Origin: an uncultured Rhodobiaceae bacterium
Lineage (GTDB): Bacteria > Pseudomonadota > Alphaproteobacteria > Rhizobiales > TMED25
Direction: 5' to 3'
DNA: 64,000 nt
Assembly: GCA_913045225.1 (NCBI GenBank)
Contig: CAJWPC010000001.1
Span: 79,128 to 143,127, forward strand
The position numbers were made by a program, and so were the translations under genes. Shown one piece after another: positions 1-8,295 of this stretch; the stretch's first letter is position 1, and each line of letters opens with the position of its first letter. The notes beneath the pieces were generated by a model. That model saw only the letters and a list, made by a program, of their open reading frames with translations. It searched no databases and was not told where the DNA came from.

Positions 1-1518
1 ACAGAGCTGCAGGTTAGTACCGAAGTTAAGTCTCATAACATGAAGGATGAAGATCAAATTCCACTCAGGAAATATGAACAAGCGAGGGTACTCGGAGGTG
101 GTTCATCTATAAACGGGTTAGTTGCAAATAGGGGTGCGCCAAACGATTACAGTATATGGGAGGAAAGAGGAGCAAAAGGTTGGTCGTGGGATGACGTACT
201 CCCATATTTTAAGAAAGTAGAAAAGGACACAGATTTTCAAGGTCCATTTCACGGTAATGATGGAAATATACCTGTCAGCCGAATTTTTCCTGATATTTGG
301 AATGGTCATGCTAAAGCATCTGCATCTGCATTTGAAGAGGCAGGATTCAAATACCTTGAAGATCAAAATGGAAAGTTTGAGGATGGCTATTTTCCTGTAA
401 CTGGCTCATTTATATACGAGAGAAGGGTTTCGGCAGCAATGGGCTATCTGACACAAGGCATCCGAAATCGAAAGAATCTAACAATAATGACCGAGTCATT
501 CGTTAAAGAAATTCTCTTTGATGGGAAAAAATGTATCGGTGTAAAGGTCAGAATTGAAGGCAAAGATAAAAAATTTTTTGCAAAAGAAATAATATTAAGT
601 TCAGGCGCAATTCATTCCCCAGCACATTTGATGAGGGCAGGAATTGGCCCCGCAATGGATCTCAAAGATAAGGGCATAAATGTACTAAAGAATCTTGGTG
701 GTGTCGGACAGAGGCTAATGGATCACCCGTCAATTAATATTGCCTCATTTATAAAACCTGAGGCACGAATTAATGAATATTCAAGACGGCATCTACTTGT
801 TGGCATGCGTTATTCATCTGGCCTTAAGAATATTCCAAAAGGTGACATGTATGTAGCGGTATGTTCAAAGACGGCTTGGCATTCAATTGGTGATCAACTA
901 GCTGCATTTATTTTATTTGTAAATAGAACCTACTCTGAGACAGGTCAAGTAAGATTAAGTACCACAGATCCTTATGATGAGCCAATTGTTGAGTTTAATT
1001 TACTTTCCGATGAGAGAGATCTTATGCGTCTGATGGAAGGCTTTCGTAAAATGGTTTTAATCCAACAAACTGAACCATTTCAGAGGATCTCTAAAGAGGT
1101 CTTTGCTGCAGTTTATGGTGATAAGGTGAGGCAGGTTGGAAAGGTCAATTTACAAAATAAATTACTCACAAAGGTCTTCTCAAAAATGCTTGATGGGCCG
1201 GATGCGTTGAGGAGGTATTTGCTAAATAAATTTGTTATCGAAGCACCTGAATTATCTGTACTGATGTCAGATGACGAAGTTTTATCAGATTTTATTAAAA
1301 AATCAACTGTTGGTGTGTGGCATGCATCATGCACCTGCAGAATGGGTGCTAAAACTGATAAAATGGCTGTTACTGACAATGAGGGTCGAGTGCATGGAAT
1401 AGATGGTTTGAGGGTAGTTGATGCGTCAATTTTTCCTATAGTACCATGCGCAAACCTAAATTTTCCAACCCTTATGACTGCGGAAAAGATTTCAGAAAAG
1501 ATACTTGCCTCAAACTAA
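1..1518 (+). CDS. GMC-family FAD oxidoreductase, 5-hydroxymethylfurfural oxidase (HMFO)-like; 5' truncated by window edge
   Basis: Frame is open from base 1 and the N-terminal GxGxxG is missing. Motifs ARVLGGGSSING, GWSWDDVLPYF, SSGAIHSP, GVGQRLMDHP, GVWHASCTCRMG, VVDASIFP, ANLN (His/Asn pair). Confidence 0.9.
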   Translation, partial: TELQVSTEVKSHNMKDEDQIPLRKYEQARVLGGGSSINGLVANRGAPNDYSIWEERGAKGWSWDDVLPYFKKVEKDTDFQGPFHGNDGNIPVSRIFPDIWNGHAKASASAFEEAGFKYLEDQNGKFEDGYFPVTGSFIYERRVSAAMGYLTQGIRNRKNLTIMTESFVKEILFDGKKCIGVKVRIEGKDKKFFAKEIILSSGAIHSPAHLMRAGIGPAMDLKDKGINVLKNLGGVGQRLMDHPSINIASFIKPEARINEYSRRHLLVGMRYSSGLKNIPKGDMYVAVCSKTAWHSIGDQLAAFILFVNRTYSETGQVRLSTTDPYDEPIVEFNLLSDERDLMRLMEGFRKMVLIQQTEPFQRISKEVFAAVYGDKVRQVGKVNLQNKLLTKVFSKMLDGPDALRRYLLNKFVIEAPELSVLMSDDEVLSDFIKKSTVGVWHASCTCRMGAKTDKMAVTDNEGRVHGIDGLRVVDASIFPIVPCANLNFPTLMTAEKISEKILASN

Positions 1519-1519
1519 T

Positions 1520-2650
1520 TTATGATAGTTTTTCAGAGAGCCATTCAAACGACGCGGCAGCCCAATGATCCTGGTACTTGAACGCGCAATGCCCAGCATC
1601 TGGGTAAATGCGAGCCTCTCTTCCATGAGGTGGGCCGTTCTCCAACATAAAGTAGATATTTCCAATAGGTGCAAGATGATCTTTTTTACCATTAATTAGA
1701 AGCATTGGCTGGTTTATCTTATCAAGTATACCAAGACTGCTTAATGACCATTTTTCAAATAACATCTGCTCTTTTTCTACAGTCCAAGGTGGAAAAGATG
1801 GTGGGTCTCCTATCTGCCCAAAGACATGCTGTGCTCGATCATTCCGTGCTTTTACAAAATTGCTCATTTCCTCTTCTGTCATCTTGTAACCGAAGGGATG
1901 CCCTGCATTTGCAACTATAGCTTTGACCATTTCGGGATAGGATCCTGCAAGTTGTACGACAGAATAGCCTCCTCTGCTTATACCAAAGGCACCTATCTTA
2001 TTTTCATCAACTTCAGGTCTACATGCAAGGTAGTCGATAGCTGCCATCCAAGCTGATACTGACTCTGGCTCCCATGGAAATGGATTTTCTCCGGTGGCGG
2101 GCCCATCCATGACAAGCGATGCTAGACCATTATCAATGGCATGCTGTGAAGCCCAACCTCTATCTTCCTTAAACATATCAGCTCCACACATGATGAGAAC
2201 TGCGGCAGTTTTCTCAGCCCCTTTTGGACACCTGTAATGACACGTTATTTCCTTATCACCACAACGGACTTTAACTATTTCAACTTTGGGCTCAAGTAGC
2301 TCACATGCTTTTCTGTATACCCTTGAGCATTCAGCGCTAATTTTTTTTTTATTCTCGGTAATCTCACCTGGATATCTTGCAATAGATAGGTACGTTTTTG
2401 CTAGCATAAACTCATTATATGCTTTCTGTTGGTTATTTTCCCTAATGAATTCGTCACCCTTCTTTTCATGTGTATCAGCAACTTCACTCCATATTGGTAT
2501 CCAAGACTCTTCAGTCGTACTTTTTATCTTACTAACCGCGGACACAAGTTCGTCTAGATCAGTTAGCATAGGCATCCACCTTCTGTAGAACCCCCCATAC
2601 TCAACAGCATATGGATTCTCCCCTGCGCTAAATTTAATTTGATCTCCCAT
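1520..2650 (-). CDS. Alpha/beta hydrolase, FrsA / 2,6-dihydroxypseudooxynicotine hydrolase-like
   Basis: Nucleophile elbow GISRGG, acid motif GKKDHL, His motif DAGHC; N-terminal helical cap; DGPATGE. Confidence 0.85.
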   Translation of the reverse strand: MGDQIKFSAGENPYAVEYGGFYRRWMPMLTDLDELVSAVSKIKSTTEESWIPIWSEVADTHEKKGDEFIRENNQQKAYNEFMLAKTYLSIARYPGEITENKKKISAECSRVYRKACELLEPKVEIVKVRCGDKEITCHYRCPKGAEKTAAVLIMCGADMFKEDRGWASQHAIDNGLASLVMDGPATGENPFPWEPESVSAWMAAIDYLACRPEVDENKIGAFGISRGGYSVVQLAGSYPEMVKAIVANAGHPFGYKMTEEEMSNFVKARNDRAQHVFGQIGDPPSFPPWTVEKEQMLFEKWSLSSLGILDKINQPMLLINGKKDHLAPIGNIYFMLENGPPHGREARIYPDAGHCAFKYQDHWAAASFEWLSEKLS

Positions 2651-2744
2651 TTACAAAGCCTATCGTGTATATATAATTAAATATATATTTATTTAACAAA
2701 AAAATAAATGTGCAAAATAAAGAAATACAGGGGATTTATTCATC

Positions 2745-3740
2745 ATGAGAGCAGCGGTAATTGGTCTAGGTTGGTGGGGTAAACAAATAATAAAATGCCT
2801 CAATGAGAGCAAAAAAATTGATATAACGCATGCTTTTGATCCTCAAATAAGTAAGGATGACCCAGTTTTTTCCAAGTTCTCGGTTGACCCGAGTTTAAAT
2901 TTTGACGCAATAATAGACAGTCCATCCGTTGATGCTGTCATTTTGGCAACACCAAATCAATTTCATGAAGAGCAAGTAATCTCTGCGGCAAACAAAGGAA
3001 AGCAGGTATTTTGTGAAAAACCAGTTGCCTTAAAATATGAGAGTATTAAGAGAATGGCATCCGCTTGCAAGAAAAATGGTATTATTCTCGGTGTCGGCCA
3101 TGAGCGACGATGGGAGCCCGCAATGGTCAAGCTCAGATACATGCTTGATGAAGGTATGCTTGGAGAAATCTTGCATATGGAGACAAATTTTAGTCACGAT
3201 ATCTTTATGAAGCTAGACAGAGATAATTGGAGGTTGGACCCAAAATCTGCTCCAGCCGGTGGAATGACTGCTCTTGGGATACATTTATCCGATTTTTTTG
3301 TGTCTTTCCTGGGATCGGCAAAGACTGTTTATGCAAAAACTGGCTCAATAGTCTTGGAGCATCCAAAAAAAGATACATTATCAGTGAATATAAGGTTTAA
3401 AAATAATGTCACAGCGTCACTCGCTGTCATGATATCGACTCCATTTTATGGTCGGTTTACTGTGTTTGGCGAGAAAGGTTGGGTAGAAATAAGGGAAGTA
3501 TCAAATGTTGATTTTGACGATCCAGCTGAATTTATCTATTGCGATAAACATGGCAAAAGAGTGGTTGAAGAACACCCGGTTGTAAATACCGTAAAATTGA
3601 ATTTCGAAGAATGGGCAGACGCGGTTGCAGGTCGTTCCACATATCGTATTAATATAGATGAAGTAGTATCAAATGTTCAAATATTAGAATCTATAATTAA
3701 TTCAGCTGAAAAAAATGAAATTATTAAAATAACCGATTAA
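2745..3740 (+). CDS. Gfo/Idh/MocA family NAD(P)-dependent oxidoreductase
   Basis: N-terminal GLGWWG Rossmann motif, ATPNQFH, FCEKP, GG-x-LGIH. Confidence 0.9.
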   Translation: MRAAVIGLGWWGKQIIKCLNESKKIDITHAFDPQISKDDPVFSKFSVDPSLNFDAIIDSPSVDAVILATPNQFHEEQVISAANKGKQVFCEKPVALKYESIKRMASACKKNGIILGVGHERRWEPAMVKLRYMLDEGMLGEILHMETNFSHDIFMKLDRDNWRLDPKSAPAGGMTALGIHLSDFFVSFLGSAKTVYAKTGSIVLEHPKKDTLSVNIRFKNNVTASLAVMISTPFYGRFTVFGEKGWVEIREVSNVDFDDPAEFIYCDKHGKRVVEEHPVVNTVKLNFEEWADAVAGRSTYRINIDEVVSNVQILESIINSAEKNEIIKITD

Positions 3741-3748
3741 TTGATGAA

Positions 3749-4750
3749 ATGATGTCCATCAAGAATTATGTAAATAATCTGTCTGATGAAGACCTAAAAA
3801 GAATATATAAAAAAATGCTCATGATCAGAAAGTGTGAAGAGCATTTGGGAGAGGCCACAAAAAATGGAGCCTTTCCAGGTGCTGTTCATCTTTATATTGG
3901 TCAAGAGGCAATCGCGGTACCGTTGTGTGATCAGTTGAATGACTCTGATTGGATATCGAGTACACATAGGGGCCATGGACATTTCATCGCAAAAGGTGGC
4001 GACGTAAAAAAAATGATGGCTGAAATTTACGGAAAGTCGACGGGAATATGTGGGGGTAAAGGTGGCTCTATGCATGTTGCTGATTTCAAAAAGGGAATAA
4101 TTGGAGCAAATGGTGTTGTTGCAGGCGGTATGGGATTAGCTGTAGGTGCAGCCCTGGCATCCAAAATGGATGGTAACGGAGCCGTTTCAATAATTTTTTT
4201 TGGGGATGGTGCAGCAAATCAGGGCGTTTTAATGGAGGCCATGAATATATGTTCATTGTGGAACTTACCAATGATATTTATGTGTGAAAATAACCAATAT
4301 TCTGAGTTTACTCACACATCGGAGGTAACTTCTGGAAAGATTGTTGATAGGGCTGAACCTTTTGGTATTCCAAAATATGAAGTTGATGGAAATAACGCTG
4401 TTGATGTGTGGCAAGCTGCCTATCAGGCAGTTCAGAGGGGGAGAAATGATGAGGGCCCATCATTTATTGAAGCGCATACATACAGGCAACGTGGGCATGT
4501 TGAATTTGAATACACATTTTTGTCACGAACTTACCGAGATCAGAGCGAGGTTGAGTTATGGAAAACAAATGACAAAGACCCGATATTGAGGCTTGAGTCA
4601 TACTTTATAGAACATAGTAAATATTCTGGAGATGATATTGAAAAAATTCAGAAGGAGGTTCAGGACGAAGTTGATGATGCAGTAAAATTTGCAATTGAAA
4701 GCCCAGAGCCAGAAATTTCCAGTGCTATGGATCATATGATTGAGAGATAA
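3749..4750 (+). CDS. ThDP-dependent dehydrogenase E1 alpha subunit (AcoA/PdhA-like)
   Basis: HLYIGQEA, THRGHGH, GKGGSMH, GDGAANQG...ENNQY ThDP motif, TYRQRGH. Confidence 0.93.
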   Translation: MMSIKNYVNNLSDEDLKRIYKKMLMIRKCEEHLGEATKNGAFPGAVHLYIGQEAIAVPLCDQLNDSDWISSTHRGHGHFIAKGGDVKKMMAEIYGKSTGICGGKGGSMHVADFKKGIIGANGVVAGGMGLAVGAALASKMDGNGAVSIIFFGDGAANQGVLMEAMNICSLWNLPMIFMCENNQYSEFTHTSEVTSGKIVDRAEPFGIPKYEVDGNNAVDVWQAAYQAVQRGRNDEGPSFIEAHTYRQRGHVEFEYTFLSRTYRDQSEVELWKTNDKDPILRLESYFIEHSKYSGDDIEKIQKEVQDEVDDAVKFAIESPEPEISSAMDHMIER

Positions 4751-4753
4751 GCA

Positions 4754-5728
4754 ATGTCCAAGCAAAGAATGATGCCAGCAATAAATCTGGCATTACAAGA
4801 AGAAATGGAAAGAGATAATAAAGTTATCCTTTACGGAGAGGATGCAGGTATTTCCCTTTTAGGGCAGACAACAGGTCTTCAAGAAAATTTTGGTAAAGAC
4901 AGGGTTAGAGATACGCCAATCTGTGAGAATATTATGACCGGTATGGCTGTTGGTGCAGCAGCAGCTGGATACCGACCAATTTGCCATCTTTTGTATGGAA
5001 ACTTCATATATACAGGGTTTGACTCAATAGCCAACCAAGCAGCAAAATTAAAGTATATGACCGCTGGGCAAGTAAAATTACCTATAGTTTATATGGCAGT
5101 TATCGGCGGCGGGAGGTCTGCGGCAGCGCAACACTCAGATATACCTTATCCCGCATTGATGAATTTAGGTGGTGTGAAGGTTGTTGTGCCGTCAAACTCT
5201 AGAACAGCCAAAGGCTTATTGAAGTCTGCGATCAGGGATGATAATCCAGTATTTTACTTAACTGCAGCTGGTGGTGGCCGACCAGAGGAAGTACCAGATG
5301 ATGATAACTATTTAATACCAATTGGGAAATCAGAAGTAATAAACCAAGGAAATGATGTCACAATTATATCAATTGGTTCAATGACTCTGAAAGCACTGCA
5401 GGCAACAAAAAAACTTAACGAAAAAGGTATAGGGGTTGACTTAATTGACCTCTTATCATTAGTGCCAATTGACGAGGATACAATCATAAATTCGTTAAAG
5501 AAAACAGGAAGAGTGATCATTGTTGATGAGGCTCGTGACATATGTAGTGCAGCAAGCCATATATCGGCTATCTTATCAGATAAGGCATTCAAATATCTAA
5601 AATCACCTATAAAAAGAGTTACAGTAAAAGATGTTGCAATTCCATACTCGCCCATCTTAGAAAGCCATGTGATACCAGAGGTAGCCGATATTGTGAATTG
5701 TATTGAAGAATTATTGGAGTTAAATTAG
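4754..5728 (+). CDS. ThDP-dependent dehydrogenase E1 beta subunit (AcoB/PdhB-like)
   Basis: RVRDTPICE, GMAVGAA, AQHS, AKGLLKSAIRDDNPV, IDLLSLVPID, KKTGRVIIVDE. Confidence 0.92.
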   Translation: MSKQRMMPAINLALQEEMERDNKVILYGEDAGISLLGQTTGLQENFGKDRVRDTPICENIMTGMAVGAAAAGYRPICHLLYGNFIYTGFDSIANQAAKLKYMTAGQVKLPIVYMAVIGGGRSAAAQHSDIPYPALMNLGGVKVVVPSNSRTAKGLLKSAIRDDNPVFYLTAAGGGRPEEVPDDDNYLIPIGKSEVINQGNDVTIISIGSMTLKALQATKKLNEKGIGVDLIDLLSLVPIDEDTIINSLKKTGRVIIVDEARDICSAASHISAILSDKAFKYLKSPIKRVTVKDVAIPYSPILESHVIPEVADIVNCIEELLELN

Positions 5729-5730
5729 CC

Positions 5731-5970
5731 ATGGAAAGAATAGTTAAAATGCCTAGAATGGGCATGAATGTTGATGAAGGTACAATCGTTGAGTGGCATG
5801 TAAAAGAAGGTCAGAGTTTTTCAAAGGGTGATGCCCTATATTCCATCGAGACCGATAAGACAACTGCTGAGATAGAAGCACCCTGTGACGGTGTTTTAAA
5901 TAAAATTCATGCAAATATTGGTGACGATATATCCGTTGGTGACCAGATATGCTCCATTACCGAGACTTAA
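5731..5970 (+). CDS. Stand-alone lipoyl-domain (lipoyl carrier) protein
   Basis: 79 aa; MPRMG..EGTIVEW..KEG..GD.L..IETDKT..EIEAP..G is a single lipoyl domain with the DK attachment lysine; 2 nt after E1 beta. Confidence 0.9.
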   Translation: MERIVKMPRMGMNVDEGTIVEWHVKEGQSFSKGDALYSIETDKTTAEIEAPCDGVLNKIHANIGDDISVGDQICSITET

Positions 5971-6009
5971 TTATCAAAAATATTATCTTTTATATCAATA
6001 TGTCCCAGC

Positions 6010-7395
6010 ATGCAATCTAGTCCAAAAAATACTTTTATGTATCATTATATGGATACCGTCCGTATGGGTTTTCCAATAATTATTGCTAGGACTTCAATTC
6101 TGATTATGGTTACAGTTGATGCAATCATGACGGGCTGGGCCGGTCCAGATCAACTGGCATATCTGGGAATTGGACTAGCTCCAGTAATTGCGCTCATGGT
6201 TATTTTTATTGGCGCACTAAACGCAACAGTCGTGCTTGCATCACAATCAATTGGAGCAAATGAAAGACACAAAGTTGGTTCTATTTGGTACTCCGCTATG
6301 ATCCATAGTATCTTATTTTCAATTATCTCTATCTTTATATCTTTTTTCTTTGAAGATTTTTTTCTAATTACAGGGCAAGAGCTTAATATCGCAGAGGAAG
6401 GTGCACGAGTTTCTCTGGTGTTCGCATACGGAATTCCTGGGATGTTATTTTTTGTCACAACAAACCTTATTTTAGAGGCAATGGGTTACCAAAAAGCGGG
6501 CATGTATGTCATGATTTTTGTTAATATACTAAACGTAATTTTTAATGGCATCTTCATATTATCTTGGGGCTCTTTTTATAATGGAGGTGGGGCTTATGAA
6601 GCGATCGTTATCTCATCAATATTAAGATGGACAGCATTTTTTATGACCTTAATTTACCTTGTCTACATATCAAAGAAGAATGGTGATGTTTTTAAGATGA
6701 AAAAAAACTTTTTAGAAATTAGAGAGAACATGTTTACTTTAAAATCAAGTATATCGAAGAAATTTAGAAAAATAGCGCTTCCAATGGCATTGTTGCAAGG
6801 TGTTGAAGTAATTGCCTTTGCAGCAGTTGTATTTATTGCGGGATGGTTTGGATCAGCTGCGCTTGCCGCTCACCATGCAACTTACACTGTTGTGAATTTA
6901 ATATATATGAGTGCAATTGGAGTCGCTGGTGCTACCTCTATCAGGGTTGGTATTGCGGTTGGTCAGCAATCAGTCAGCGATACGAAAAGAGCAGGGTTAA
7001 TGGGTATGCTGGTTGCTTTTTCAATAACGCTCCCAATATCTGTTTTTACACTCATTAATCCTGATGTGATTGCACGAGTTTTCTTTGATAACCCAGAGAT
7101 GATTTTGATGACTCAGGAAATAATATTTTTTGTAGGATTTCTATTTATTTTTGACACTTTGATGGCGGTTTCACTTGGTGCATTGAGAGGTACTGGAGAT
7201 GTGTGGGCGCCATTTATTATATTATCTGTCTGTTTCTGGATTTTTGGAATACCGCTTTCATACGTTTTTGCTGTCACACTTGATTTTGGATTGATTGGAT
7301 TATGGATTGGAATTGGTATTGGAATTATAAGTTCATTATTGATTCTCGCACCAAGATTTTATATAATTTCCTCATCTCCAATACAAAGATTATAA
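6010..7395 (+). CDS. MATE family efflux transporter
   Basis: About 12 hydrophobic segments; VDAIMTG..G...LA, SQSIGA, LAAHH, SIRVG..VG, ALRGTGD, GLIGLWIG. Confidence 0.9.
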   Translation: MQSSPKNTFMYHYMDTVRMGFPIIIARTSILIMVTVDAIMTGWAGPDQLAYLGIGLAPVIALMVIFIGALNATVVLASQSIGANERHKVGSIWYSAMIHSILFSIISIFISFFFEDFFLITGQELNIAEEGARVSLVFAYGIPGMLFFVTTNLILEAMGYQKAGMYVMIFVNILNVIFNGIFILSWGSFYNGGGAYEAIVISSILRWTAFFMTLIYLVYISKKNGDVFKMKKNFLEIRENMFTLKSSISKKFRKIALPMALLQGVEVIAFAAVVFIAGWFGSAALAAHHATYTVVNLIYMSAIGVAGATSIRVGIAVGQQSVSDTKRAGLMGMLVAFSITLPISVFTLINPDVIARVFFDNPEMILMTQEIIFFVGFLFIFDTLMAVSLGALRGTGDVWAPFIILSVCFWIFGIPLSYVFAVTLDFGLIGLWIGIGIGIISSLLILAPRFYIISSSPIQRL

Positions 7396-7406
7396 GATTG
7401 TCATTT

Positions 7407-8294
7407 ATGAGATTTCCAATAATAGATAGTCATCATCACATATGGAAGCAATCAGACTTAGATTGGCTCCAAGGTGAAATACAGCCAAGAATATTTGGAG
7501 ATTATACTTCAATCAAAAAAGACTATCTCATCGATGACTTTATTGAAGATGTTGTAAATTTTGGAGTGGAGCAGTCAGTTTATATCCAATGCAACTGGCC
7601 AATCGATAAATATTATGAAGAGGCAAAGTTTGTTGATGACTCTTTCAATAATTCGGGATGGCCAAACGCGTTTATCGGATATTGTAATTTATTAGATCCA
7701 AATGCTCCTGAGATGCTCGATAAATTATTTGACTATCCTCTGACGAGGGGCATAAGAATGCAGCTTCATTGGCATGAGCGTGAATTATATTCATTTGCAT
7801 CAGCGCCAGATATTATGGAGGATTCAATATTTAATAATAATTTTGAGTATTTGGCTAAAAAAGACTCAATTTTTGAATTACAAGTTTTTCAAAGTCAACT
7901 GAGTCATACAAAAAATCTTTTGAAAAGGTTTCCCGAAACAACTTTTGTTCTTCAGCATGCCGGCATGCCGCATGACTTATCGAATACTGGTTGGGCTGAA
8001 TGGAATATATTCATGGAAAGCCTTGCTGAATATAAGAACCTTTTCATTAAACTTTCAGGATTGGGAACATTTATTAATAAAAATGACCCTGAGTTTATAT
8101 CAAATATTGTTCAGAAAGTTTTAGCAAACTATCCATCAGATAGGTGTTTGTTTGGATCGAATTTCCCGATTGAGAAAATCTGGTGTAATTATGGCGATCT
8201 GATTAATGCATTCCGAATGGCAACGCGTAATATACCAATTACTGATCAGAAAAATATTTTTCATGATACGGCAAGCAAAGTTTATGGGATTTAG
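7407..8294 (+). CDS. Amidohydrolase_2 family protein (COG3618; L-fuconolactonase/LigI-like)
   Basis: Start reassigned to ATG 7407 (MRFPIIDSHHHIW); RGIR, QHAG, KLSG, FGSNFP. Confidence 0.85.
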   Translation: MRFPIIDSHHHIWKQSDLDWLQGEIQPRIFGDYTSIKKDYLIDDFIEDVVNFGVEQSVYIQCNWPIDKYYEEAKFVDDSFNNSGWPNAFIGYCNLLDPNAPEMLDKLFDYPLTRGIRMQLHWHERELYSFASAPDIMEDSIFNNNFEYLAKKDSIFELQVFQSQLSHTKNLLKRFPETTFVLQHAGMPHDLSNTGWAEWNIFMESLAEYKNLFIKLSGLGTFINKNDPEFISNIVQKVLANYPSDRCLFGSNFPIEKIWCNYGDLINAFRMATRNIPITDQKNIFHDTASKVYGI

Positions 8295-8295
8295 A

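Noticed and set aside
2341-2350. Poly-T/poly-A tracts within genes (for example T10 in the hydrolase)
   Set aside because: Frames are intact and Lys/Phe runs are common at this GC content; no evidence of phase variation.
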